Below, one piece after another: positions 38,831 to 47,286 of a stretch of 64,000 nt of DNA. Origin of the DNA: Acidobacteriota bacterium (lineage in GTDB: Bacteria; Acidobacteriota; Vicinamibacteria; Vicinamibacterales; UBA8438); assembly GCA_009838525.1 (NCBI GenBank), contig VXRJ01000004.1, forward strand, positions 36,190 to 100,189. Reading direction: 5' to 3'. The notes below the pieces were generated by a model that saw nothing but the letters and a program-made list of their open reading frames with translations, made no database searches and was not told the origin of the DNA. A program made the position numbers and the translations under genes. The first letter of the stretch is position 1, and each line of letters opens with the position of its first letter.

Positions 38831-39295
38831 CTACTCCTCGGTGATGTTGGCGGCGATGTCGAGATCGATGCAGCCCGCCACGCTGTTCGCGGCGGGGCAG
38901 CCCTTGGGGTGCTTCGCGACCGCGCGCTCGGCCGCCTCACGCATCCCGCGCGGGACGGTCAGATCGTACCGAACGCGGATCCGCGTGATGCGCAGCACAT
39001 TGTCGATCGCTTCGATGTCGCCTTCCACCTGGGCCGAAATCTTGTCGCGCGGCGCCGGAACCTTGCGCACTTCCAGTGCGCGTGCCAGGGTGCCGAGCAG
39101 TCAACCGCCGACCGACCCGACGATGTAGTCGAGCGTAGCGGGAACCTCCTCGTCGGGCTCCACGCCGTAGAACTTCTTGATGCCGCCGTGGACGCCGAAG
39201 CGGATCGGCGTGTCGAAACCCTCCAGGAACGCCTCGCGGACCGGACCCTTGACCCGCTCGATCCGCATGCGGCTGGTGTGGACAACGTCTGGCAT
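38831..39295 (-). CDS. OsmC/Ohr-family peroxiredoxin-like protein with in-frame TGA at the catalytic Cys position (candidate selenoprotein; alternatively a pseudogene)
   Basis: ATG 39295 preceded by AAGGAG-N7. Track ORFs 39101..39436 and 38831..39070 are in the same frame, separated only by TGA at 39101-39103. The joined product, ...PATLDYIVGSVGG[U]LLGTLARAL...KHPKGCPAANSV (154 aa), aligns the TGA with the first conserved Cys of OsmC (AAHAACFSMAL). The second Cys is CP. Confidence 0.55.
39055..39088 (-). promoter_or_regulatory. candidate bacterial SECIS-like hairpin downstream of the in-frame UGA
   Basis: mRNA reads UGA-N19-GCGCAC-UGGAA-GUGCGC: a 6-bp upper stem with a 5-nt loop that has G at position 2. 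A lower CUGG/CCGG stem flanks an internal loop. The apical loop starts 26 nt after the UGA. Confidence 0.35.
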
Positions 39296-39311
39296 GCCGT
39301 GGCTCCTTCTC

Positions 39312-39369
39312 TCTATGCCGGCCTGGAGGCCGGCGCACCGTCTATGCCGGCCTGGAGGCCGGCGCACCG
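39312..39369 (+). repeat. two perfect tandem 29-bp copies of the REP/RPE-like hairpin repeat
   Basis: TCTATGCCGGCCTGGAGGCCGGCGCACCG occurs twice, followed by a degenerate third copy to about 39392. It lies in the divergent gap between the OsmC-like gene and the DUF442 gene. Confidence 0.9.
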
Positions 39370-39434
39370 CCGGCGGCCCGGCGCACGAGGCCGGTGCACG
39401 CCAGCCGTGGACGCCGATGGTACAATCACCCGTC

Positions 39435-39986
39435 ATGCAGCAGTCAAGAAACTCGTTGGCGTCGGTGGCGACTTTCGCTGCGCTTCTTCTTGTCGCGGCC
39501 GGGTCCGTCGTGGCCGTGCAGGCGCAGAACTTCCTCCAGGAAGAGGGCCCCGAAGGGGTGCCGAACTACACCCGCGTGGACGCCACAGTGGCGTGCGCGG
39601 GGGCGACCGGACCGGAGGCGATGCCGGAGCTCAGCGAGCGCGGCTTCAAGACCGTCATCAACTTCCGGACCGCGGGCGAGCGGAACGCGCGGGTCGAAGC
39701 GTCGCGTGAAGCGGCCGAGGCGGCGGGACTGAACTACGTTCATCTACCCTTCCGCCAGCCGACGACCGAACTCGTCGATCAGTTCCTCGACACGGTGGCC
39801 GAGCCGGCGAACCAGCCGGTCTACATCCACTGCGGATCCGCCAACCGGGTGGGCTTCATGTGGCTCATCAAGCGGGTGAAGCAGGACGGCTATTCGTTCG
39901 AGGACGCGACGGTCGAGGCGGAAGCGATCGGCCTGCGCAGCGATGCGCTGCGGGCGTTCGCGCGCGACTACCTCGGCAGCAACTGA
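39435..39986 (+). CDS. DUF442-type putative phosphatase/sulfurtransferase-like protein (secreted)
   Basis: ATG 39435 inside ORF 39177..39986, with a signal peptide. Active-site-like IHCGSANRVG (CX4R), as in the TIGR01244/DUF442 family. Confidence 0.75.
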   Translation: MQQSRNSLASVATFAALLLVAAGSVVAVQAQNFLQEEGPEGVPNYTRVDATVACAGATGPEAMPELSERGFKTVINFRTAGERNARVEASREAAEAAGLNYVHLPFRQPTTELVDQFLDTVAEPANQPVYIHCGSANRVGFMWLIKRVKQDGYSFEDATVEAEAIGLRSDALRAFARDYLGSN

Positions 39987-40056
39987 CGCGCCTCGGACGC
40001 CACAACCGCGCTGCCTGACGGGAGGCGGCTCCGGCCGCGGCCAGTGAACTGAGAGC

Positions 40057-41520
40057 GTGTCCCGCAAACGTCTCGGCGACATGGATCCGGAGGCGTTTCG
40101 GCGCGACGGCCATGCCCTCGTCGACTGGATTGCCGCCTACCTCGACGGGACGGAACACTATCCGGTGCTGTCGCGCGCCCGTCCGGGCGACATCCGCGAC
40201 GCACTGCCCGGCCGGCCGCCCCGCGAGGGCGTCGGTTTCGATGCGATCTTCCGCGACTTCGAACGCGTAGTCGTCCCCGGCCTCACCCACTGGAACCATC
40301 CCGGCTTCTTTGCCTATTTCGCCATCTCCGGCAGCGCGCCCGGCGTTCTGGCCGAGTTTCTTTCCGCCGCCCTCAACGTCCAGGCGATGCTGTGGCGGAC
40401 GTCGCCCGCCGCGACGGAACTCGAAGAGGTGACGCTCGGCTGGCTCCGGCAACTCCTGGAGCTGCCCGACGCGTTCGAGGGCGTGATCTACGACACGGCG
40501 TCGATCTCCACGCTGCACGCCCTGGCCGCCGCCCGCCACCGGGCGGCGCCGGACACACGGACGCGCGGGATGGCGGGACGCCGCGACCTGCCGCCGCTGG
40601 TCGTGTACGCCTCCCAACAGTCGCACTCCTCCGTCGACAAGGCGGTGATGACGCTCGGGCTGGGACTGGAGGCCATCCGGAAGATCCCGGTGGACGACCA
40701 GTTCCGGATGCGGCCGGACGCGCTGGGCGAGGCGCTCGCGGCGGACCGGGCGGCCGGAGCGAGACCGATGGCGGTCGTCGCGACGGTGGGGACGACCTCG
40801 ACGACCAGCGTCGATCCGGTGGCGGCGATTGCCGATTGCCTTGGACCGAACGGGAGGGACGGGAGCACGTGGCTCCATGTCGACGCCGCCTATGCGGGCG
40901 CCGCCGCGCTCGCTCCCGGCATGCGCGGCGTGATGGACGGCTGCGGGCGGGCGGACTCCGTCGTGGTGAATCCGCACAAGTGGCTGTTTACGCCCTTCGA
41001 TCTGAGCGCCTTCTATTGCCGGCGGATGGACGACGTGCGGGCGGCGTTCTCGTTGACGCCGGAATACCTGCGGACCCCGGAAGCCGGCGCCGAAGTGCGC
41101 AACCTGATGGACACCGGCGTGCAGCTCGGCCGCCGGTTCCGCGCGCTGAAGCTCTGGGCCGTGCTGCGCTACTTCGGATCCGACGGCATCGGCGAGCGCC
41201 TCGCCGAACACCTGCGCCTGGCGCAGTGCTTCGCCGGCTGGGTGGACGAGAGCCCGAACTTCGAGCGCCTCGCGCCGGTTCCTTTCAGCGTCGTCTGCTT
41301 CCGCGCGCGGCCCGCGGGCGGCGATGCGGCCGACGCCGATCTCGACGCACTGAACGAACGTCTGCTCGACGCCGTCAACGCCACCGGCGAGGTCTTCCTC
41401 TCGCACACGAAGCTCAACGGCGCGTATGCCCTCCGCCTCGCCATCGGTCACATCCGCACGGAAGAGCGGCATGTCCGGCGGGCGTGGGAAATCCTGAACG
41501 AGCAGGCCGGGCGGTTGTAG
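40057..41520 (+). CDS. PLP-dependent aromatic-L-amino-acid/group II decarboxylase
   Basis: 487 aa. HWNHPGFFAYF and the PLP-lysine block NPHKWLFTPFD. Start is GTG 40057 or ATG 40081. Confidence 0.88.
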   Translation: MSRKRLGDMDPEAFRRDGHALVDWIAAYLDGTEHYPVLSRARPGDIRDALPGRPPREGVGFDAIFRDFERVVVPGLTHWNHPGFFAYFAISGSAPGVLAEFLSAALNVQAMLWRTSPAATELEEVTLGWLRQLLELPDAFEGVIYDTASISTLHALAAARHRAAPDTRTRGMAGRRDLPPLVVYASQQSHSSVDKAVMTLGLGLEAIRKIPVDDQFRMRPDALGEALAADRAAGARPMAVVATVGTTSTTSVDPVAAIADCLGPNGRDGSTWLHVDAAYAGAAALAPGMRGVMDGCGRADSVVVNPHKWLFTPFDLSAFYCRRMDDVRAAFSLTPEYLRTPEAGAEVRNLMDTGVQLGRRFRALKLWAVLRYFGSDGIGERLAEHLRLAQCFAGWVDESPNFERLAPVPFSVVCFRARPAGGDAADADLDALNERLLDAVNATGEVFLSHTKLNGAYALRLAIGHIRTEERHVRRAWEILNEQAGRL

Positions 41521-41524
41521 CGGG

Positions 41525-41548
41525 AGCCGACCTGGAGGTCGGCGCACC
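41525..41548 (+). repeat. REP/RPE-like hairpin repeat (compensated stem variant)
   Basis: AGCCGACCTGGAGGTCGGCGCACC, 5 nt after the decarboxylase stop and between convergent genes. The G-to-A and C-to-T changes keep the stem paired. Confidence 0.8.
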
Positions 41549-41562
41549 ACGCCCGCACGTCC

Positions 41563-43029
41563 CTACCGGCGCGGCGTGATGCCCTGCCAGTGGGCGCGCA
41601 GCCAGACCTCCGGGCGGAGCAGGGCCAGGACCGTCACCACCTCCAGGCGTCCAATCCACATCGCGGCGATCAGCATCAGCTTGCTCACGGGATGCAGCCC
41701 GCCATAGTTGGCCATCGGCCCCACCTCGCCGAAGCCGGGGCCGATATTGCCCAACGCGCCGGTGGTAGCGGTCACCGCGGTCTCCAGGTCCTCGCCAAAA
41801 CCGATGACGACGGCCGTGGTGATGGCGAACATCAGCACATAGAAAAGGAAGAAGACGAGCACCCCACGGATCACTTCCTCCGGCACCGCCTTGCCACCCA
41901 GCTTCACCGGCATGACGCCGCGCAGGTGCAGCGTGCGGCGCAACTCGGTCAGCGTGAAGCGCCCGATCAGCATGTGGCGCAGCACCTTCGGTCCGCCCGC
42001 GGCGGAGCCCGCACAGCCGCCGATGAACATCATGGCGAGGAGGACGACCTTCGTCTGATCCGTCCACAACTCGAAATTGGTGCTCGCATAACCGGTGGTC
42101 GTCAGAATGGACAGCACCTGGAACAGCGCCGTCCGGATGGGCGCGCCGGCGGACTCAAGCTGCCACAGGAGGACGGCGAGGATCGCGGCCGCACCGGCGA
42201 CGATGCCGACATAGGCGCGGAACTCGTCGTCGCGAACCAGCGCGTCCGGATAGCCGAGCACGGCACGGTACTGCAGCGCGAAGTTCGCGCCGGACAGGAA
42301 CATGAACACGATGACGATCCACTCGACGGCAACGCTGTTGTAGCCGGCTATCGATTCGGGATTCGGCGAAAACCCGCCCGCCGCGACGTTCGTGAAGGCG
42401 TGGCAGACCGCATCGAAGAGCGGCATTCCCGCCGCCATCAGCGCGACCACCTCAACCGCGGTGAGTCCCGTGTAGAACTTCCACAGCGTGCCGGCGGTCT
42501 TCCGGATCTGCGGCGCCAGGTTCTCCTCGGTCGGACCCGGCACCTCCGCGAAGAAGAGCTGCCGGACGCCGATGGCGAGGCGCGGCAGCACCGCCAGCAC
42601 CAGGGCGATCACGCCCATGCCACCCAGCCACTGCGTCATCGCCCGCCAGAAGAAGAAGCCGCGCCCCGGCGTCTCGAAGTCAGTCAGGATGGTGGCGCCC
42701 GTCGCCGTGATGCCCGACATCGCTTCGAACAGCGCGTCGATCGGGTCCAGCCCCACCCACAGGTGCGGCACCGCGCAGAGCAGGGCGAGCATCAGCCAGA
42801 CGCTGGCAACGACCGCGAGCGCCTCGATGCGGCGCAGGTCCTGCCCCGCACCCCGCGATCCGCGGATCATCGCTTCGCCGATGGCGGCGGAGAGCACGCC
42901 GCCGATCAGGAACCCGGGGACGTCGGCCCACTCGCCATAGCCGGCGGCGACGGCAGCGGGTGCGAGGAATGCAGCCCCGAAAACCCGCAGGATGCGACCG
43001 GCGATCGCGGCGACGATGATGAACCGCAT
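41563..43029 (-). CDS. trkH: TrkH-family potassium uptake protein
   Basis: 488-aa polytopic ORF with repeated M1-P-M2 units (TATGATIL, TTTGYAS, GALGNIGPGFG). Confidence 0.9.
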   Translation of the reverse strand: MRFIIVAAIAGRILRVFGAAFLAPAAVAAGYGEWADVPGFLIGGVLSAAIGEAMIRGSRGAGQDLRRIEALAVVASVWLMLALLCAVPHLWVGLDPIDALFEAMSGITATGATILTDFETPGRGFFFWRAMTQWLGGMGVIALVLAVLPRLAIGVRQLFFAEVPGPTEENLAPQIRKTAGTLWKFYTGLTAVEVVALMAAGMPLFDAVCHAFTNVAAGGFSPNPESIAGYNSVAVEWIVIVFMFLSGANFALQYRAVLGYPDALVRDDEFRAYVGIVAGAAAILAVLLWQLESAGAPIRTALFQVLSILTTTGYASTNFELWTDQTKVVLLAMMFIGGCAGSAAGGPKVLRHMLIGRFTLTELRRTLHLRGVMPVKLGGKAVPEEVIRGVLVFFLFYVLMFAITTAVVIGFGEDLETAVTATTGALGNIGPGFGEVGPMANYGGLHPVSKLMLIAAMWIGRLEVVTVLALLRPEVWLRAHWQGITPRR

Positions 43030-43081
43030 CGAGTGGCTGCCGGGCTACCCGCTAAACCGCCATCTCCTGTGTGCTGACGCG

Positions 43082-44425
43082 CTAGGAGGCCGCGAACAGA
43101 TCGCGCACGCCGGGCACCGCCGGTTCGGTGCAACAGACCAGCAGGCGATCCCCTCCCTGAACGCGATCGTCCCCGTGCGGCACGACGACCGACCCTTGCC
43201 GCAGGACGGACCCGATGATCGAATCGGGGGGCAGGTTGAGGTCGCGCACGGCGGTCGGCGAGAACCCGCCCGGCACGGCGAGTTCGAGAACGCGCGCCTG
43301 GCCCTCTTCCAGAACGGCCAGCAGGCTGGAGCGGCCGCCGTCGATCCCGTGAACAACGGACGCGACCGCCGCGCCGCGCGCGGACAGGGCCACGTCTATA
43401 CCGACCCGCTCGAAGAGGTGATGGTTCGAGGGCTTGCTGACGCGCGTAATCACCTTGCGCACGCCGAGCTGGTGGCCGAGCAGGGAAGCAAGCAGGTTCC
43501 GCTCGTCGTTGTCGATCACCGAGACCAGGACGTCGCTCCGGCCGATCTCCTCCGATTCGAGCAACTCCAGATCCGTGCCGTCACCCCGCAGGATCAGCGC
43601 CCTGCGGAGTGTAGCGGCCAGCAGCTCGCCCCGCTCGCGCTCCCGCTCGATGACGATGAGCCGGATGCCGTCCGCTTCGTCGAGTTTCTGGGCCAGCCGG
43701 AAGCCGACATCGCCGCCGCCGATGATGGTCACCATCTGGCTGTCGGCGTTGCTGCTCGCCGGAGCGATGACGGGACGCAGGCGATTCATCCCGTCACGCG
43801 TCCCCATGAGAACCACCTTGTCACCCGTCTCCAGCACCGTCTGACCGCGGGGAATCAAGGTGGCGTGCTCGTGCTTCAGGGCGATGATGACGACACCGGC
43901 CGGCAGCGCAAGCGACGCCACCTCGCGGCCGACGACCGGCGAGTCGGCCTCGAGGCGGAACTCGAGCAGCTCGACGCGTCCGCCCGCGAAGAGCTCGGCG
44001 TCCACCGCCCCCGGCGCCATGATGATCCGCTCGATTTCGGCCGCAAGCCGCGCTTCCGGCCAGATGATCTCGTCGATGCCGAAGTTCCGGTGGAGGCTGT
44101 CGTCGCCGCTCCGCTGCTCCAGCAGGTCTTCCTTGGTGACGAAGCAAATCGTCCGCTTCGCGCCGAGGCCGCTGCCTATGGAGCACGCGACGATGTTCAG
44201 TTCGTCGAGGCGGGTGGCGGCTATCAGCAGGTCGCACCGCTCGACGCCCGCGTTCCGCAGCACGTCCGGGCTCGTGCCGCTGCCCGCGACGAACTCCACG
44301 TCGAGGTGCGAAAAACGGTGGGCGCGAAGCGGGTCGCGATCGACCAGGAAGACATCGTGGTCCGTGCAGAGGGCGCTGGCCAGCGGATACCCGATGTCAC
44401 CGCCCCCGATGATGATGATGTGCAC
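43082..44425 (-). CDS. trkA: Trk system potassium uptake protein TrkA
   Basis: GTG 44425 inside the long ORF 43082..45703. Two RCK repeats with Rossmann motifs IIIIGGGDIG and VTIIGGGDVG. 447 aa. Confidence 0.88.
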   Translation of the reverse strand: MHIIIIGGGDIGYPLASALCTDHDVFLVDRDPLRAHRFSHLDVEFVAGSGTSPDVLRNAGVERCDLLIAATRLDELNIVACSIGSGLGAKRTICFVTKEDLLEQRSGDDSLHRNFGIDEIIWPEARLAAEIERIIMAPGAVDAELFAGGRVELLEFRLEADSPVVGREVASLALPAGVVIIALKHEHATLIPRGQTVLETGDKVVLMGTRDGMNRLRPVIAPASSNADSQMVTIIGGGDVGFRLAQKLDEADGIRLIVIERERERGELLAATLRRALILRGDGTDLELLESEEIGRSDVLVSVIDNDERNLLASLLGHQLGVRKVITRVSKPSNHHLFERVGIDVALSARGAAVASVVHGIDGGRSSLLAVLEEGQARVLELAVPGGFSPTAVRDLNLPPDSIIGSVLRQGSVVVPHGDDRVQGGDRLLVCCTEPAVPGVRDLFAAS

Positions 44426-44479
44426 TACAGCCGCCGCCCGATCACACCATTCTAGCCCGCCGACATATACTCCCGCCCC

Positions 44480-45817
44480 ATGGATGTCGCCACCCTTTCG
44501 CTCGGTGCGCTCGCCATCGCCATCATCGTCAGTTGCACCATCCGGCTCCACGTCGGCTTCCTCGCCATCGCGCTCGCCTGGGTGGTCGGCGTCTACATCG
44601 CCGGCATGAGCGCCAACGACGTGATGGCGGGCTTCCCGACCCGGCTCTTTCTGACCCTGGCCGGCGTCACGCTCCTCTTCTCGCAGGCGCAGGCGAACGG
44701 CACCCTCGACCTGATCGCCCACCGGGCGGTCCGCCTCTGCCGCGGGAACGTCGGCGTGATGCCGATGATGTTCTTCCTGCTGTCGTTCGTCCTGGCATCC
44801 ATCGGTCCGGGCAACATCTCGTCCACCGCGCTCATGGCGCCCATGGGGATGGCGGTCGCCGGCCAGGTGGGCATCCCGGCGTTCCTGATGGCGATCATGA
44901 TCGGCAACGGCGCCAACGCCGGCTCGCTCTCTCCCATCGCGCCGACCGGCGTCATCGTCAACGGCGTCATGGCCGACATCGGCCTCGGCGGGAACGAGCT
45001 GCAGACCTACCTGAACAACATGATGGCGCACATCGTCATCGCCTTCGCCGCCTACTTCCTGCTCGGCGGCTGGCGCCTGCTCGGCCGGCGCCACCACGGC
45101 GAGCTGGTCGTCCCAGGCGGAAGTTCCACGGACGCCGGAGCGTCCGCAGACGCCGAAGGGTCCGGGAGCGACGGCAGCGAAGCGGCGGATGACGACGGCG
45201 ACACCTTCCAGCGACGCCACTGGATCACCATCGGCGTCATCGGCGCCCTCCTCGTCGGCGTCATCTTCTTCAACCTCCACGTCGGCCTCGGCGCCTTCGC
45301 GGGAGCCATCCTTCTCGCACTGTTTAAGGCGGGGGACGAGAACGAAGCGGTCAAGCTGATGCCGTGGCGGGTCATCATGATGGTCTGCGGCGTCACCGTC
45401 CTCATCTCCGTCCTGGACGAGACGGGCGGCCTCGAGCTGTTCACCCGCGTGCTGGCCGGGGTCTCCTCCGCCAACACCGTCACCGGGATCATGGCGTTCA
45501 CCACCGGGTTCATTTCGATCTACAGCAGCACGTCGGGCGTCGTGCTCCCGGCGTTCCTGCCGACCGTGCCCGGCCTTGCGGAACAGGTGGGTGGCGTTAC
45601 TCCACTCGCCATCGCCTCGGCCATGAACGTCGGCGCGCACCTGGTGGACGTCTCCGCACTCTCCACCCTCGGCGCCCTCTGCATGGCCGCCGCGCCGTCT
45701 CACGAAGACAGCCGCAAGCTGTTCAACAAGCTGATGGCGTGGGGGCTTTCGATGACAATTGTCGGCGGCTTCACGTGCTGGTTGCTGTTCACCGTCCTCA
45801 GGATCGGCATCAACTAG
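44480..45817 (+). CDS. anion/dicarboxylate permease (ArsB/NhaD-SLC13 superfamily)
   Basis: 445-aa polytopic membrane protein. Two halves are separated by an acidic Ser/Asp-rich loop. GPGNISSTALMAPMG and SSTSGVVLPAFLP hairpin-like motifs. Confidence 0.75.
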   Translation: MDVATLSLGALAIAIIVSCTIRLHVGFLAIALAWVVGVYIAGMSANDVMAGFPTRLFLTLAGVTLLFSQAQANGTLDLIAHRAVRLCRGNVGVMPMMFFLLSFVLASIGPGNISSTALMAPMGMAVAGQVGIPAFLMAIMIGNGANAGSLSPIAPTGVIVNGVMADIGLGGNELQTYLNNMMAHIVIAFAAYFLLGGWRLLGRRHHGELVVPGGSSTDAGASADAEGSGSDGSEAADDDGDTFQRRHWITIGVIGALLVGVIFFNLHVGLGAFAGAILLALFKAGDENEAVKLMPWRVIMMVCGVTVLISVLDETGGLELFTRVLAGVSSANTVTGIMAFTTGFISIYSSTSGVVLPAFLPTVPGLAEQVGGVTPLAIASAMNVGAHLVDVSALSTLGALCMAAAPSHEDSRKLFNKLMAWGLSMTIVGGFTCWLLFTVLRIGIN

Positions 45818-45818
45818 C

Positions 45819-45843
45819 GGTGCGCCGGCCTCCAGGCCGGCAT
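45819..45843 (-). repeat. REP/RPE-like hairpin repeat (reverse orientation)
   Basis: GGTGCGCCGGCCTCCAGGCCGGCAT starts 2 nt after the permease stop, between convergent genes. Confidence 0.85.
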
Positions 45844-45850
45844 CAACCGA

Positions 45851-47221
45851 TCACTCGATGGCTTCGTACACGAGGGTCTGAAACTCCCGCTCGAGTCCAT
45901 AGGCCGAGAACGGATTGAACTGCGTCCAGACCATGCCGATCAGCTCGTCCTCCGGATCGATCCAGAAGAAGGTGTTGGCGGCGCCGGCCCAGCGGAACAC
46001 GCCGTTGTTGTCCGGCTCCGGAGTGCCTTCGGCGTCCACTGCGACCGCGAAACCGAGCCCGAAGCCGTAGCCGGGGCTCAGGTACGTCCCGAGCTGGATC
46101 GGCACCATCGCGTCCGGCAGCCGGTTCGAGCGCATCATCGCCACCGTCTCGGGGGCCAGGATCCGCACGTCGCCGAGCGCGCCGTCCTCGAGGAGCATCT
46201 GGGCGAAACGGATGTAGTCCGATGCGGTGGACGCGAGCCCGCCGCCGCCAGACACCCACGCCGGCGGGCGCGTGTACTGGCCGTCGTCCGGCGAATCGAT
46301 CATCTGAAGCGCACCGTCCGGACTCGCGTAGTTGGCCGTGAAACGCCTGCGGTCTTCGGCCGGCACCATGAACCCGGTGTCTTCCATCCCGAGCGGATCG
46401 AAGATGCGTTCCTGCAGGAAGGTGTCGAACGACTGTCCGGAGGCCACCTCGATGACCCGGCCCAGGATGTCGGTCGACACGCTGTAGTTCCACCGCTCGC
46501 CCGGACTGGCCAGCAGCGGGAGCGCCGCCACGCGCTGCCCGAAGTCCTCCAGGCCCACCGATTGCGTGAAGAAGCCCGACTCGTTGTAGAGGCGGTCGAC
46601 CGGGGAGTCGCCGAAGAAGCCGTAGGTCAGACCTGACGTGTGGGTCAGGAGGTGCTCGACAGTCATCGGGCCGCCGGGCGCCACGCGCTCGCCGGCGTCA
46701 TCCAGAACCTCCACGTCCGCGAACTCGGGAATGAACTTCGAGACCGGATCGTCGAGCGCAACCGCGCCCTCCTCGACGAGGATCATGACCCCCGTGCTCG
46801 TGATCGGCTTCGTCATCGAGTAGATGCGGAAGATGTCGTCCCGTTCGAGGGGATCGCCGGCATCGAGATCGCGCATGCCGGCGGCGGCCCAGTGCACCAC
46901 CTGCCCGCGCCGCGCCACCATCGTCATCACGCCGGCCAGCCGGCCGTCATCGACGTAGGCCTGCACGGCGGGCTCGATGCGGGCGAGCCCGTCGGCCGAC
47001 ATTCCGACCGTGTCGGGGCTCGCGGTGGGCAGCCCGGAGGCCGGCGCGGCGCCGGCCGGTGTGGAGTCAACCGCCGCTTCGGATTCCGGGGGCGGCGCTT
47101 CCGCGACCTCCGCCGGTGCGCATGCCGCAAAGGCGACGAACACCGCCGCCAGCGCGCAGGCCACGGGCAGACGTGTCACGAGCCACCGGTCCCGAATCTT
47201 CTCGTCAGGTGTGTGAGTCAT
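45851..47221 (-). CDS. beta-lactamase-family serine hydrolase (lipoprotein), paralog 1
   Basis: 456 aa. Lipobox AFAAC and SxxK nucleophile block IYSMTKPITS. Clearly paralogous to 51207..52553 (shared FLQERIFDPLGM and IPEFAD). Confidence 0.88.
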   Translation of the reverse strand: MTHTPDEKIRDRWLVTRLPVACALAAVFVAFAACAPAEVAEAPPPESEAAVDSTPAGAAPASGLPTASPDTVGMSADGLARIEPAVQAYVDDGRLAGVMTMVARRGQVVHWAAAGMRDLDAGDPLERDDIFRIYSMTKPITSTGVMILVEEGAVALDDPVSKFIPEFADVEVLDDAGERVAPGGPMTVEHLLTHTSGLTYGFFGDSPVDRLYNESGFFTQSVGLEDFGQRVAALPLLASPGERWNYSVSTDILGRVIEVASGQSFDTFLQERIFDPLGMEDTGFMVPAEDRRRFTANYASPDGALQMIDSPDDGQYTRPPAWVSGGGGLASTASDYIRFAQMLLEDGALGDVRILAPETVAMMRSNRLPDAMVPIQLGTYLSPGYGFGLGFAVAVDAEGTPEPDNNGVFRWAGAANTFFWIDPEDELIGMVWTQFNPFSAYGLEREFQTLVYEAIE

Positions 47222-47286
47222 GCGCCGATGGTAGGTATTCCCGCCAGCGCTTGCAACACCGCCCCGCCATACAATGCGGGCACGCG

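Noticed and set aside
39312-39392. Possible CRISPR array, suggested by identical 29-bp direct repeats.
   Set aside because: The copies are directly adjacent with no spacers, and there are only two or three units. The same unit is dispersed singly around the window. No cas genes are present.
38831-39436. Treating 39101..39436 and 38831..39070 as two separate small genes, or using the 111-aa track start at 39436.
   Set aside because: They share one frame and together reconstitute a single OsmC fold. The AAGGAG-ATG at 39295 is a far better start. The region upstream of 39295 is the hairpin-repeat array. A pseudogene remains the alternative to the selenoprotein reading.
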